This document shows positions 28,401-38,391 of a stretch of DNA of 49,977 bases, piece after piece. A model generated the notes under the pieces. The model did not search any database. It saw nothing but the letters and a program-made list of their open reading frames with translations, and was not told the origin of the DNA. A program made the position numbers and the translations under genes. Each line of letters starts with the position of its first letter. Position 1 is the stretch's first letter. Source of the DNA: an uncultured Weeksellaceae bacterium (GTDB lineage Bacteria; Bacteroidota; Bacteroidia; Flavobacteriales; Weeksellaceae); the NCBI GenBank assembly GCA_964553105.1, contig CAZKJO010000009.1:1-49977 (forward strand), read 5' to 3'.

Positions 28401-30053
28401 ATGGCTGAAGTGATTAAAATGCCTCGATTGAGTGATACAATGGAGGATGGAAAGATAGAAGTATGGCACAAGAAAGTAGGCGATAAAGTTGCTTATGGAG
28501 ATATTTTGGCCGAAATCGAAACCGATAAGGCAGTTCAGGAATTTGAATCTGATGTCGATGGGGTTTTGCTATATATTGGTGTAGAAGAAGGTCAGGCTGT
28601 ACCCGTAGAAAGCCTAATGGCGATTATTGGTGAAGAAGGCGAAGATATTTCTGCTTTAATTGAAGGTGAAGGCTCATCTGATAAAGATGAGAAAGTAGAA
28701 GAGTCTAAAGAGGAAAAAGCAGCCAATCATGAAGAGGAAGAAGTTGATGATGCATCAAGCGAAGAAGCATCAAACGAAATTCCTGAGGATTTACATGTTG
28801 TTACAATGCCAAGACTAAGTGACACCATGGAGACTGGTAAAGTTGTTTCATGGTTCAAGAAAGTTGGAGACAAAGTAAGTTTTGGTGATATCTTAGCCGA
28901 AATTGAAACGGATAAAGCGGTTCAAGAATTTGAAATCGATGTCGATGGTACTTTATTGAAAATCGGAATCGAAGAAGGTGATGAAGCTCCTGTAGATAGT
29001 TTATTGGCCATTATTGGACCTGAGGGAACAGATGTTTCTAATGTTTCTGTAGGTGGTAAAAAACCTGCTGAGAAAAAAGAATCAAAAAAGGATGATGCTA
29101 AGAAAGAAGAGGTAAAAGAATCTAAAGAAGAATCTTCAGCTAAAACAGAAGAGACTTCTAAAGAAAAAGCTAATGATTCGGGTAGATTATTCATTTCCCC
29201 ATTAGCTAAAAAATTGGCGGAGGACAAAGGATATGATATTAACCAAATCAAAGGTTCAGGAGATAATGGTCGTATTATTAAGCGTGATGTAGAGAATTTC
29301 CAACCTCAAACTGCAGCTAAACCAGTTAAGAGCGAATCGGCTGCGCCGGTAGCTGCTATGGCAATTCCTGCTGCAGAAGATAAGCGTGTAGAAAATTCTA
29401 ATATGCGTAAAACAATCGCTAAACGTTTATCTCAAAGTAAATATACAGCTCCACATTACTATCTAAATATCGAAGTTGATATGGAGAATGTAATGGCAGC
29501 AAGAAAGCAAATTAATGCATTACCAGATACTAAAATATCTTTCAATGATATTGTAGTTAAAGCGGTAGCAATGGCTTTAAGAAAGCATCCACAAGTGAAT
29601 TCAACTTGGAATGATGATGCTATGATTTTACATGGGGATATCAACATTGGTGTTGCAGTAGCAGTTCCAGATGGTCTAATGGTTCCTGTAGTTAAGAATA
29701 CAGATTTTAAATCATTGTCACAAATTAACGCTGAGGTTAAGGACTTAGCAACACGCGCAAGAGATAAGAAAATTAAGGCAGACGAAATGGAAGGAAGTAC
29801 TTTCACTGTGTCTAACTTAGGAGCTTATGGTATTGAGTCGTTTACATCGATTATCAACCAACCAAACTCTTGTATCTTATCTGTAGGTGCTATTGTAGAG
29901 AAACCAGTGGTTAAAAATGGTCAGATAGTAGTCGGAAACACCATGATGCTTTCATTAGCATGTGACCACAGAACAGTAGATGGAGCAACAGGAAGTTTAT
30001 TCTTACAAACGCTTCAGCAGTATTTAGAAACTCCTATGGCGATGTTTCTTTAA
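28401..30053 (+). CDS. pdhC: Dihydrolipoamide acetyltransferase E2 with two lipoyl domains
   Basis: MPRLSDTME...IETDKA occurs twice. SPLAKKLA subunit-binding domain and DHRTVDG catalytic motif. Confidence 0.97.
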   Translation: MAEVIKMPRLSDTMEDGKIEVWHKKVGDKVAYGDILAEIETDKAVQEFESDVDGVLLYIGVEEGQAVPVESLMAIIGEEGEDISALIEGEGSSDKDEKVEESKEEKAANHEEEEVDDASSEEASNEIPEDLHVVTMPRLSDTMETGKVVSWFKKVGDKVSFGDILAEIETDKAVQEFEIDVDGTLLKIGIEEGDEAPVDSLLAIIGPEGTDVSNVSVGGKKPAEKKESKKDDAKKEEVKESKEESSAKTEETSKEKANDSGRLFISPLAKKLAEDKGYDINQIKGSGDNGRIIKRDVENFQPQTAAKPVKSESAAPVAAMAIPAAEDKRVENSNMRKTIAKRLSQSKYTAPHYYLNIEVDMENVMAARKQINALPDTKISFNDIVVKAVAMALRKHPQVNSTWNDDAMILHGDINIGVAVAVPDGLMVPVVKNTDFKSLSQINAEVKDLATRARDKKIKADEMEGSTFTVSNLGAYGIESFTSIINQPNSCILSVGAIVEKPVVKNGQIVVGNTMMLSLACDHRTVDGATGSLFLQTLQQYLETPMAMFL

Positions 30054-30086
30054 TTAAAATTTAGAAATAAATAATTTTAAAGATAT

Positions 30087-30122
30087 AAAGGTAAAGACAC
30101 GTTTATCGTGTCTTTCCTTTTT
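30087..30122 (+). terminator. Intrinsic terminator after pdhC
   Basis: AAAGG-T-AAAGACACG/CGTGTCTTT-CCTTT stem plus TT. Confidence 0.8.
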
Positions 30123-30134
30123 AAAAGAATTTTT

Positions 30135-30467
30135 ATGATTCCATATTTTGATAATATGAGCGACGAAAAATTAATTCGTCAATTCAAGTGGGCATGCATA
30201 GCCGAAGGAATCACTTGTATTTTGTTGTACCTGATTGCTATGCCATTAAAATATCAATTTGATAATGTATTGTTAATGCCTCCAGTTGGTGCGCTTCACG
30301 GTATTGCATTTATCTGGTATATGGGCATGTTATACTATGTTCGCAAGCCCCTAAAATGGGATGATGAGGATTTAGTGATTGCCGGAATTGCAGGTTTCTT
30401 CCCTTTCCTAACCTTTTGGGTAGAGAAAAAATTAATAAACACAGATTCAACCAATTCTGCTGAATAA
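30135..30467 (+). CDS. DUF3817 family small membrane protein
   Basis: AEGIT.ILL.LIAMPLKY...GALHG.AFI.Y...PFLTFWVE. Start moved to ATG 30135, past the terminator. Confidence 0.8.
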   Translation: MIPYFDNMSDEKLIRQFKWACIAEGITCILLYLIAMPLKYQFDNVLLMPPVGALHGIAFIWYMGMLYYVRKPLKWDDEDLVIAGIAGFFPFLTFWVEKKLINTDSTNSAE

Positions 30468-30543
30468 GGTGTAATTCCTATTTGATTTTTTTATAACTAA
30501 ATTCTTAAAATTCAATTTATTAAGGATGGCTATTAACTTGCGC

Positions 30544-31113
30544 TTAAAGAGTTAAAATGTTTTCATTTAAATCATTCAAAGCATTTATGAATGATATTTT
30601 CTCATATTTAGCTAAATCATTAATTCGAATAGGAGTCTCAATGAGTTTGTTTTCAGTTAACAATCTTTGTCGTGTAGTTCCATTTAATAGATAGGAGCTA
30701 GGAGTAAACCAATCCTTGCCGTCATAAAAAGCAAGATTGGAGTAGGAGGAATCTAATATGTTCGTTTTATTCGTGAAGATTACTTCATCTGCTGTCGAAT
30801 TTTCTTTTAGCTCATTAATTTTCTGACGATTTTCATATTTATAATTATAGTCAAAATCAATTTCAACCAATTCAAATGAGTTAATTTTCTGAAGTGAATA
30901 TTCTTGAAACTCTATCGAATAAACTTTATCATTGTATACAATTCTAATTTTATAAAATCCATCGGTAGGAATATCCTGTATTAAGTCGTTTAAAATTAAT
31001 ATAGGTGAATTGGGAAAAAAGGCTTCAAAGGTTTTATTAACCCGTTTTTGATGCCATTCTAAATGAAAGACTTTAGCATTTTTTAATTTAATGGATTCAA
31101 TGAACTGGCACAT
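30544..31113 (-). CDS. pabC: Aminotransferase class IV, 4-amino-4-deoxychorismate lyase (PabC)-like
   Basis: MCQFIESIK...HQKRV, YKYENR and LLNGTTRQRL motifs. Overlaps the end of pabB. Confidence 0.8.
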   Translation of the reverse strand: MCQFIESIKLKNAKVFHLEWHQKRVNKTFEAFFPNSPILILNDLIQDIPTDGFYKIRIVYNDKVYSIEFQEYSLQKINSFELVEIDFDYNYKYENRQKINELKENSTADEVIFTNKTNILDSSYSNLAFYDGKDWFTPSSYLLNGTTRQRLLTENKLIETPIRINDLAKYEKISFINALNDLNENILTL

Positions 31114-32059
31114 AAATCTTTTGTTTAAGTTCAGCGTACTCATCCTCTAACTTGCTCATGGCTGTAATTCCACCACCACTTTTGTAAAGCATTCCATTTT
31201 TTGTGTTTTCAATAAATCGAATTAAGACGCAAGAATCTAGATTTTCTCCGTCAAAAGCGCCTGCAATACCTGTATAATACTTGCGATTATAATTTTCTGC
31301 TTCAGAAATTATTTCTAAGGTTTTATTCTTAGGAGCTCCCGAAATCGAGCCAGCAGGAAGGAGCTCTTTCATGATGTTCCCAAGCTTATTTTGCCAATTT
31401 CCGCTTAATTCCCCCGAAATTTCTGAACTCATTTGGAGAATTTTTCCATTTTGGGTTTTGAGTTCATCTAAATACATGAACTTATCCACCTTCACCTTTT
31501 TAGCAACTTTGCTTAAATCGTTTCTCAATAAATCGACAATGGTATGATGCTCAGCTTTCTCTTTGATGTTGTTTAATAATTTCTCAGCTGCATTCGGTAT
31601 ACTCGCATCAATGGTTCCCTTCATTGGAAAAGTAGAGATACGATTTTGTTGAATTTGAACAAAGGTCTCTGGCGAAAAGCAAAGCCAATCTTTTTTGAAT
31701 TTAATTTTATACTTTGCTTGAACCTGATGATAAATTTCTTCTAAATCTAGGTTTAAAGAAATTGGCGTAGCAAAAGTTAAATTAATTAAATAAGTATCAC
31801 CGCGCTGCAAATGATATTGAACCAAATCAAAAGCTTTTTTGTAATCAACTAATTTGGGATAATTTGCTTCGAGTTGAATTTCATTTTGGGAAGCAGAAGA
31901 AGTTGAATTTTTAAATTGAGGAAAATCCAACCAAATATTGTTTTCCGCTAGGTCCTCCAAAGGAAATATTTCAGCATTTTCACCCAAAAAATCTATAAAG
32001 AACCCGCACGGAATTTTTTGTTTTCCATATGAATTCAGTTTTTCTACCCAATCTGCCAT
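31097..32059 (-). CDS. pabB: Aminodeoxychorismate synthase component I (short Bacteroidota form)
   Basis: SPETF, PMKGT, KEKAEH..IVDLLRNDL, PAGSISGAPK and SGGGIT motifs. Confidence 0.92.
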   Translation of the reverse strand: MADWVEKLNSYGKQKIPCGFFIDFLGENAEIFPLEDLAENNIWLDFPQFKNSTSSASQNEIQLEANYPKLVDYKKAFDLVQYHLQRGDTYLINLTFATPISLNLDLEEIYHQVQAKYKIKFKKDWLCFSPETFVQIQQNRISTFPMKGTIDASIPNAAEKLLNNIKEKAEHHTIVDLLRNDLSKVAKKVKVDKFMYLDELKTQNGKILQMSSEISGELSGNWQNKLGNIMKELLPAGSISGAPKNKTLEIISEAENYNRKYYTGIAGAFDGENLDSCVLIRFIENTKNGMLYKSGGGITAMSKLEDEYAELKQKIYVPVH

Positions 32060-32455
32060 TTATTCGTGAATAACTGGAGTTGCTTGCTGCAAGGTTTTAG
32101 AAACAGGACATTTGGTGGCAATCAAATCCAACCTTTTCATCTGTTCTTCGGTTAAGTTGGCTGCATTAGCATAATTTACTTTCTGATAAATCTCTTTCTG
32201 ACGATGCTCGTTTTCAGCTGCATAAACTTCTACTTTTATTTCACCCGTTTCCCATTTTTTGCGTGCTGCATACATTCTAAGGGTGATGGCCACACAGGCT
32301 GCCAAGGCTCCATACAAGGTTTCCATCGGGGTTGGACCTGTATCTGTTCCGCCCTTGTCTGCTGGCTCGTCCATGTTCCACGAAAAATCTCTGGCTTTGG
32401 CAACGCCTGCAAATCCTTCTTTTGGTAATTCAAAAGTAACTTTATTGTCTGACAT
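32060..32455 (-). CDS. OsmC family protein
   Basis: DEPADKGGTDTGPTP, ALAAC..ITLRMYA and KCPVSKTL motifs. Confidence 0.92.
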   Translation of the reverse strand: MSDNKVTFELPKEGFAGVAKARDFSWNMDEPADKGGTDTGPTPMETLYGALAACVAITLRMYAARKKWETGEIKVEVYAAENEHRQKEIYQKVNYANAANLTEEQMKRLDLIATKCPVSKTLQQATPVIHE

Positions 32456-32589
32456 ATGTTTCTATTTTAGAAACTCGAAAATACAAATTAAGAAGCAGAT
32501 GCCTGTTAACTTTTATATCATAATTAACAATAGTTTCCTTTTGATCTAAATCTTTATTTATCCTTAACTTTGAAAATTAAATAGAGAAG

Positions 32590-32916
32590 ATGATTTTATA
32601 TAACGTAACAATAAGCATTGATCAAGTAGCCGAAATTCAATTTGTGGAATGGTTGAGAAACAAACATATTCAAGATGTTTTGGATACTGGATGTTTTAAA
32701 AGTGCTAGGTTAACGCGCTTAACTTCTCATACACAGCCTGATGCTACAAATTATTCCATTCAATATTTAGCCGAAAGTCAACAGGATTTGAATAAATATT
32801 ATAAGGTTCACGCCCCTAGACTTCGAGAAGAAGGACAGAAATTATTTGGCGATAAAATGCAAGGCTTCAGAACTGAATTAGAAGTGTTAGAAGATTTCTT
32901 CCCGAACAGAAGTTAA
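32590..32916 (+). CDS. DUF4286 family protein
   Basis: MILYNVT...W....HI..V..TG.F...YSIQY...FRTELE pattern. Confidence 0.85.
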   Translation: MILYNVTISIDQVAEIQFVEWLRNKHIQDVLDTGCFKSARLTRLTSHTQPDATNYSIQYLAESQQDLNKYYKVHAPRLREEGQKLFGDKMQGFRTELEVLEDFFPNRS

Positions 32917-32919
32917 TCA

Positions 32920-33279
32920 TTAAGTTTCTTCGCGCTGAACAACCAAGTACCAATCCTCGCCCAATTCTAAATAGCCCATATCGAATACAAAATGGTAAAT
33001 TTTACCTTTTTGTGTGGTATAAATATGCGTGAAATAGTGAAAATTAAAGCCTTTTTTCAATAAATAGTCTTTTTTGACCTTCTTGGTTTCTTCGTTTTCT
33101 GGGAGAATTTGGGCCAGAATTCGTCTATTTTTGCGTAATCTGTTGCTAATATTACGCATGGTTTTGTTGATATCGGTATTCTTTTGATTGTTGTAACTAT
33201 TACGACAACTTGAGTCGCAGAATTTCTTGTCTGCTCTACCTTTTAATTTCTCTCCGCAGTATAAGCATTCATTTTCCAT
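32920..33279 (-). CDS. Conserved Bacteroidota protein with N-terminal Zn-ribbon
   Basis: CLYCG...GRADKKFCDSSCRNSYNN, LRKNRRIL and GFNFHYFTH motifs. Confidence 0.75.
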   Translation of the reverse strand: MENECLYCGEKLKGRADKKFCDSSCRNSYNNQKNTDINKTMRNISNRLRKNRRILAQILPENEETKKVKKDYLLKKGFNFHYFTHIYTTQKGKIYHFVFDMGYLELGEDWYLVVQREET

Positions 33280-33557
33280 CGGTTAAAGATTTATAGACTT
33301 GAAATCAAATCTGTAGTTAGGCGATTTTAAATTCTAATATATGAATTTTTAAGGATTTATTAAATTTAAAATTTAGCACTTAACAAAGAAAATAGCTGTG
33401 ATATTCTGGTTTAAAAAATCATTTAACCAACATGTTTTCATGTATTTGTATTTTATGAATTTCATATTTTGTGAGCTTTTAAAATGCTTTAAGCTATTGG
33501 AATTGCTAAAACAGAAGAATTTTATTTAATGAATCGTATTTTATGTCTTCCAAGTGC

Positions 33558-33696
33558 TTGTTTTTCAAATAAAAGTCATAAATTTGCATCCGCTTTGCGG
33601 TGTAGAATAAAGCGACTTAACAATAATTTTAATTTCTCTCAATCCCTGATTGCCGCCCTGATTCGATTATATACGTTGAGATACAAATTTTAGTTT
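33558..33696 (+). promoter_or_regulatory. rpsA promoter and structured ~105-nt 5' leader
   Basis: TTG at 33558-33560 and TAAATTTG at 33579-33586. The leader can fold into two hairpins. Confidence 0.6.
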
Positions 33697-35523
33697 ATGT
33701 CAGAAGACACTAAAAATCCAGAAGTTGAAGTAGAAGAAACTACTGGAACTACAAAAGCAGCGAAAGCTGAAAAGAATCTAGTTAATGCTAACGTTTCTCC
33801 AGAAGAATTCGATTGGGAATCTTTTGAAACGGGTCTAGACGAGGATGATCGTAAAGAAAAAGCAGAGCTAGAGGAAATGTACGAAAACACGCTTGAGGAA
33901 CTGAATGAAAATGAAGTTTTCCAAGGTAAAGTTGTTCGTATGACTGACCGTGAAGTTATCGTTGATATCGATTTCAAATCGGAAGGTGTTATTTCATTAA
34001 ACGAATTCCGTTACAATCCTGACTTAAAAGTTGGTGATCAAGTAGAAGTAATGGTAGATAAGCGTGAGGACAAAAATGGTCAATTACAATTATCTCACCG
34101 TAAAGCTAGAACATTAAAAGCTTGGGATCGCGTAAATGAAGTAAATGAAACTGGCGAAATCGTAAACGGTTTAATCAAAGCTAGAACAAAAGGTGGTATG
34201 ATCGTAGATGTATTCGGTATCGAAGCATTCTTACCAGGTTCGCAAATTGATGTTAAACCTATCCGTGACTATGAGCAGTTTGTAGGTAAAACAATGGAGT
34301 TCAAAGTGGTTAAGATTAACCCAGAATTCAAAAACGTTGTTGTTTCTCACAAAGCGCTTATTGAAGCAGATATCGAAGAGCAGAAAAAAGAAATTATTTC
34401 TCAATTAGAGAAAGGACAAGTATTAGAAGGTGTTGTTAAAAACATTACTTCTTATGGTGTATTCGTTGACTTAGGTGGTGTAGACGGATTAATCCACATT
34501 ACTGACCTTTCTTGGAGTAGAATCAACCATCCAGGTGAAGTAGTTGAAGTAGATGATACTATCAACGTAGTAATCTTGGATTTTGATGAAGATAAAACTC
34601 GTATCCAATTAGGTGTTAAACAATTAGAAGCTCACCCTTGGGAAGCTCTAGATGAGACAATCAAAGTTGGAGACAAAATTAAAGGAAAAGTTGTTGTATT
34701 GGCTGACTATGGTGCATTCGTAGAGGTTGCTCCTGGTGTTGAAGGTCTAATCCACGTTTCTGAAATGTCTTGGTCAACTCACTTGCGTTCAGCACAGGAC
34801 TTTGTACAAGTTGGTGATGAAGTTGAAGCAGTTGTATTAAGCATCGACCGCGAAGAGAGAAAAATGTCTCTTGGAATGAAACAACTTTCTCCAGATCCAT
34901 GGACAGATATTACATCTAAATACCCTGTAGGTTCTAAACATTCAGGAACAGTTCGTAACTTCACTAACTTTGGTGTGTTCGTAGAACTAGAAGAAGGTGT
35001 AGACGGATTGATTTATATCTCAGATCTTTCTTGGTCTAAGAAAATCAAACATCCATCTGAATTCTGTAATGTAGGAGACAAAATGGACGTAGTTGTTCTT
35101 GAGTTAGACGTAGCTGCTCGCAGATTAAGTCTTGGTCATAAGCAATTAGAAGAAAACCCTTGGGATGCTTACGAAACTAAGTATGCTATCGGTTCAGCTC
35201 ACACAGGTACTGCAGTAAACGTATTTGATAAAGGAGCTAACATCCAATTCGAAGATCTTGATGTAGAAGCTTTTGCTCCTGCAAGAACATTAGACAAAGA
35301 GGATGGATCTAAAGTTAAACAAGGCGAAGAATTAGAATTCAAAGTTATTGAGTTCAACAAAGAATTCAGACGTGTTGTTGTTTCTCACTCTGCTACCTAT
35401 AGAGATGAGGAAATCAAAGAAGCTAAAAAAGCAATGGAGAGTCAACAAGCTCCAGAAAGATCTACTTTAGGTGATCTTGATTCTTTAGCTGAATTGAAGA
35501 AAAGAATGGAAGAAGGTAACTAA
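33697..35523 (+). CDS. rpsA: 30S ribosomal protein S1
   Basis: Repeated S1 domains (AFLPGSQID, GVDGLIHITDLSW, GVEGLIHVSEMSW) and C-terminal TLGDL. Confidence 0.98.
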   Translation: MSEDTKNPEVEVEETTGTTKAAKAEKNLVNANVSPEEFDWESFETGLDEDDRKEKAELEEMYENTLEELNENEVFQGKVVRMTDREVIVDIDFKSEGVISLNEFRYNPDLKVGDQVEVMVDKREDKNGQLQLSHRKARTLKAWDRVNEVNETGEIVNGLIKARTKGGMIVDVFGIEAFLPGSQIDVKPIRDYEQFVGKTMEFKVVKINPEFKNVVVSHKALIEADIEEQKKEIISQLEKGQVLEGVVKNITSYGVFVDLGGVDGLIHITDLSWSRINHPGEVVEVDDTINVVILDFDEDKTRIQLGVKQLEAHPWEALDETIKVGDKIKGKVVVLADYGAFVEVAPGVEGLIHVSEMSWSTHLRSAQDFVQVGDEVEAVVLSIDREERKMSLGMKQLSPDPWTDITSKYPVGSKHSGTVRNFTNFGVFVELEEGVDGLIYISDLSWSKKIKHPSEFCNVGDKMDVVVLELDVAARRLSLGHKQLEENPWDAYETKYAIGSAHTGTAVNVFDKGANIQFEDLDVEAFAPARTLDKEDGSKVKQGEELEFKVIEFNKEFRRVVVSHSATYRDEEIKEAKKAMESQQAPERSTLGDLDSLAELKKRMEEGN

Positions 35524-35547
35524 AAATAGCCTTTCCAAATAAATTTG

Positions 35548-35574
35548 AAGCCTGCAGAAATGCAGGCTTTTTTT
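35548..35574 (+). terminator. Intrinsic terminator of rpsA
   Basis: AAGCCTGCA-GAAA-TGCAGGCTT followed by TTTTT. Confidence 0.93.
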
Positions 35575-35858
35575 GTGATACAAAATCATCGTAGTCGGAA
35601 TGACATAATAAATTAGTTTAATTTGTTTTATAGTTCAAGTAAATAGATTGTGCCATAGAAAGCTTGTAATATGAAGCCTGAGTATGGTTATTAAATTCTG
35701 TTTTGCGCTTCTCTTAAATCACATTTTCTATCTCATGATTTAAGTAATAATATTTGAAATTTTAATCCTAGATCTTGGCATTTTTAGATTACTATTTTGA
35801 AGAATAGATGTATCCACTCTTCTAACTAGGAATTGTTTTGATTTTAAATTATTGTTAC

Positions 35859-35889
35859 AAAAAAACGGTGAATAATTTCTTATCCACCG
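35859..35889 (-). terminator. Intrinsic terminator after pgm
   Basis: Minus strand CGGTGGATAA-GAAA-TTATTCACCG followed by seven T. Confidence 0.88.
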
Positions 35890-35920
35890 ATTATTTAAAT
35901 ATAAACAACTAAAGCAATTC

Positions 35921-37630
35921 TTATGAAAGCTCTGTTTTAAGTCTTTCTATCTTAGCTTTAAGTTTTTCTAATGTTGCAGGATAATCATCTACGTGATCTA
36001 ATTCTGTATGAACAGAGAAATAGAACTTAATCTTAGGTTCTGTACCTGAAGGTCTCGCTGCTATCTTACTTCCATCCTCAGTATAGAATATTAATACGTT
36101 AGAAGCAGTAATGTCAATAGGTGTAATCTCACCAGTTTTCAAATTCTTAGACTCCTGAGTTTGATAATCATTTAAAACAACTACCGGACTTCCATCGAAT
36201 GACTTTGGTGGATTCGCACGCCAATCTTTCATCATTTGTTTAATTTCTTCTGCTCCTGAGATACCTGGTTTAACGATAGAAATTAAATCTTCTTGATAGC
36301 ATTTTGTCTTAATAAAAGCTTCAATTAATTTCTTATAAATCGAGCTTCCTTCAGCTTTAGCCTTGGCTGCAATATGACAAGCTAATAGGGTAGAAGTAAC
36401 TGAATCCTTATCTCTCAAGAAATCATCTACCATAAACCCAAAACTCTCTTCGCCACCACAAACAAACTTTTGCTTTCCTTCGGCTTCGCGAATCATCTTT
36501 CCAATCCACTTGAAACCTGTTAAGCCTAATTTGCACTCAATGTCGTAATGTTTAGCTAAATCTAAGAAAATATCCGAGGTCACAATGGTAGAGCCAATGA
36601 ACTCATTTCCTTGGAATTCGTTTTTGGTTTTTAGTTCATTTAATAAAAAATCCGTAAGGATAACATTGGTTTGATTACCGTTTAATAAAACCATTTTTCC
36701 ATCTAAATCACGCACTGCAACTCCTAATCTATCTCCATCGGGATCAGTTCCAATCACAATATCAGCTTCTACTGTTTTGGCTAAATCTAATGCCATAGAT
36801 AAAGCTTCTGGCTCTTCTGGGTTGGGAGATTTTACCGTTGGAAAATCACCGCTGGGCTTAATTTGCTCTTCCACCAAATAAACATGCTCAAAGCCTGCTC
36901 TGTCCAAAGCTTCTGGAATAGAAACAATTGAAGTTCCATGGATAGGAGTGAAGACTATTTTTAATGATTTATAACCATCTTTCTGATTTCTAGAACCATA
37001 TTTCACGCAGTTTTTTAGAAAAACATCATCCACATGGTTGTCTAAAGTTTCTATTAAATCGGGATTGCCATCAAATTTAATATCTTCAACCTTCACAGAT
37101 CCCACGCGTTCAATAATGGCTTTGTCGTGTGGAGGAACTATTTGCGCTCCATCGCTCCAATAAACTTTGTATCCATTATATTCTGGTGGATTGTGAGAGG
37201 CCGTTAAAACAATACCTGCATCACATCCTAAATGCCTTACTGCAAAAGATAATTCTGGCGTAGGCCTGAAGTTGTCAAAAATAAATACTTTGATTCCGTT
37301 AGCTGTTAAAACGTCAGCAACGATTTGCATGAATTTACGACTGTTGTGTCTAACGTCGTGTGCAATCACCATTTTCAATTCCTTGTCGCCATGGAATTCC
37401 TTTAAGTAATTCGCTAAACCTTGTGTTGCTGCGCCTAAAGTATATTTATTTAAACGGTTGGTTCCAGTTCCCATGATACCACGCATTCCGCCCGTACCGA
37501 ATTCCAAATCTTTGTAAAAAGATTCTTCTAACAACTTGGGATCATTATCAATTAAGTTTTGAACTTCATTACGCGTTTCTTCGTCGTAAGCTTCACCTAA
37601 CCATATTCTTGCTCTATCTAATACATTCAT
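35921..37630 (-). CDS. pgm: Phosphoglucomutase/phosphomannomutase family phospho-sugar mutase
   Basis: FGTGGMRG, TASHNP, DPDGDR, GEES and RPSGTEPKIK motifs. Confidence 0.93.
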   Translation of the reverse strand: MNVLDRARIWLGEAYDEETRNEVQNLIDNDPKLLEESFYKDLEFGTGGMRGIMGTGTNRLNKYTLGAATQGLANYLKEFHGDKELKMVIAHDVRHNSRKFMQIVADVLTANGIKVFIFDNFRPTPELSFAVRHLGCDAGIVLTASHNPPEYNGYKVYWSDGAQIVPPHDKAIIERVGSVKVEDIKFDGNPDLIETLDNHVDDVFLKNCVKYGSRNQKDGYKSLKIVFTPIHGTSIVSIPEALDRAGFEHVYLVEEQIKPSGDFPTVKSPNPEEPEALSMALDLAKTVEADIVIGTDPDGDRLGVAVRDLDGKMVLLNGNQTNVILTDFLLNELKTKNEFQGNEFIGSTIVTSDIFLDLAKHYDIECKLGLTGFKWIGKMIREAEGKQKFVCGGEESFGFMVDDFLRDKDSVTSTLLACHIAAKAKAEGSSIYKKLIEAFIKTKCYQEDLISIVKPGISGAEEIKQMMKDWRANPPKSFDGSPVVVLNDYQTQESKNLKTGEITPIDITASNVLIFYTEDGSKIAARPSGTEPKIKFYFSVHTELDHVDDYPATLEKLKAKIERLKTELS

Positions 37631-37633
37631 AAA

Positions 37634-38341
37634 TTACTTTTTTAATAGTTCTCCATTGTCCTTAACTTCCACATCTTTCATGGGGTTGCCTTGGTACTCG
37701 AGTGTTGAGTTTTGTAAAATTCTTCCAGATAATTCTTTTCCAATTTTGGCCTCTACATCGGCTTCGCCAGCTAAATCTACATCTATAACTCTTACATCAA
37801 ATTCACTTAGATTAACTTTAGCATAATCTTTAGCTTTTAATTTTAAGGTAGAGGTTTCGCCGTGTACATTCACTTCAGATTTATCCAATACGGTAATTTT
37901 AGCTTCTTTGGCTATAATTCCGAATTGATTTACATTACTTGCATCAGAAGTTTCTAACTCAAAATCATCGAAACTAATGATACCTTGGGTTTCTAATAAA
38001 ACCTTTCCTGCTGTTGTGATTTTATTTAAATCTTGGTGATAGTATAAATAGATAACGTAAGATTCAAAAGCTTCTACAGTAGTTTTCTCACCAATATGTA
38101 ATGTCTTGTTCTGAACATAAATGTCCATGTTTTCGATTAAATTCTTGTGCGTTTGAACACTTACATAAGAAGAATCATTCGGTATTAAAATCATTTTGAA
38201 ACTCCCATCAGCTTTAATGGCATCAAAGTTTTCAATCTTGAAATCAACAGCTAATCCAACATCACCTTCTCCTTTAATTCCATCTGAACAAGAAGTGAGT
38301 GCTAAACTAAATATTGAAAGTATAAATAAAAATTTGTTCAT
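37634..38341 (-). CDS. DUF2807 (GIN/head domain) lipoprotein
   Basis: Lipobox LALTSC, GIKGEG, beta-helix-like repeats and C-terminal YQGNP. Confidence 0.8.
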   Translation of the reverse strand: MNKFLFILSIFSLALTSCSDGIKGEGDVGLAVDFKIENFDAIKADGSFKMILIPNDSSYVSVQTHKNLIENMDIYVQNKTLHIGEKTTVEAFESYVIYLYYHQDLNKITTAGKVLLETQGIISFDDFELETSDASNVNQFGIIAKEAKITVLDKSEVNVHGETSTLKLKAKDYAKVNLSEFDVRVIDVDLAGEADVEAKIGKELSGRILQNSTLEYQGNPMKDVEVKDNGELLKK

Positions 38342-38391
38342 ATCTTATTGTTATTTTTAGACTTGTTTGCTAGTTAAATTTAAGAATTAAC

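Noticed and set aside
27393-30053. pdhB missing between pdhA and pdhC, and an internal repeat in pdhC
   Set aside because: cdd-pdhA-pdhC with pdhB elsewhere is usual in Flavobacteriia, and the repeat is the normal duplicated lipoyl domain.
30544-32059. Short PabB and no adjacent pabA
   Set aside because: Common Bacteroidota arrangement, not evidence of truncation.
33280-33550. Long AT-rich spacer between the Zn-ribbon gene and rpsA as possible origin or sRNA
   Set aside because: No DnaA-box cluster, repeats or convincing structure seen.
35580-35850. Spacer between two terminators with a 9-bp inverted repeat (CTTAAATCA/TGATTTAAG, about 35713-35744)
   Set aside because: Single short AT-rich repeat with no ORF, target duplication or second copy in the window.
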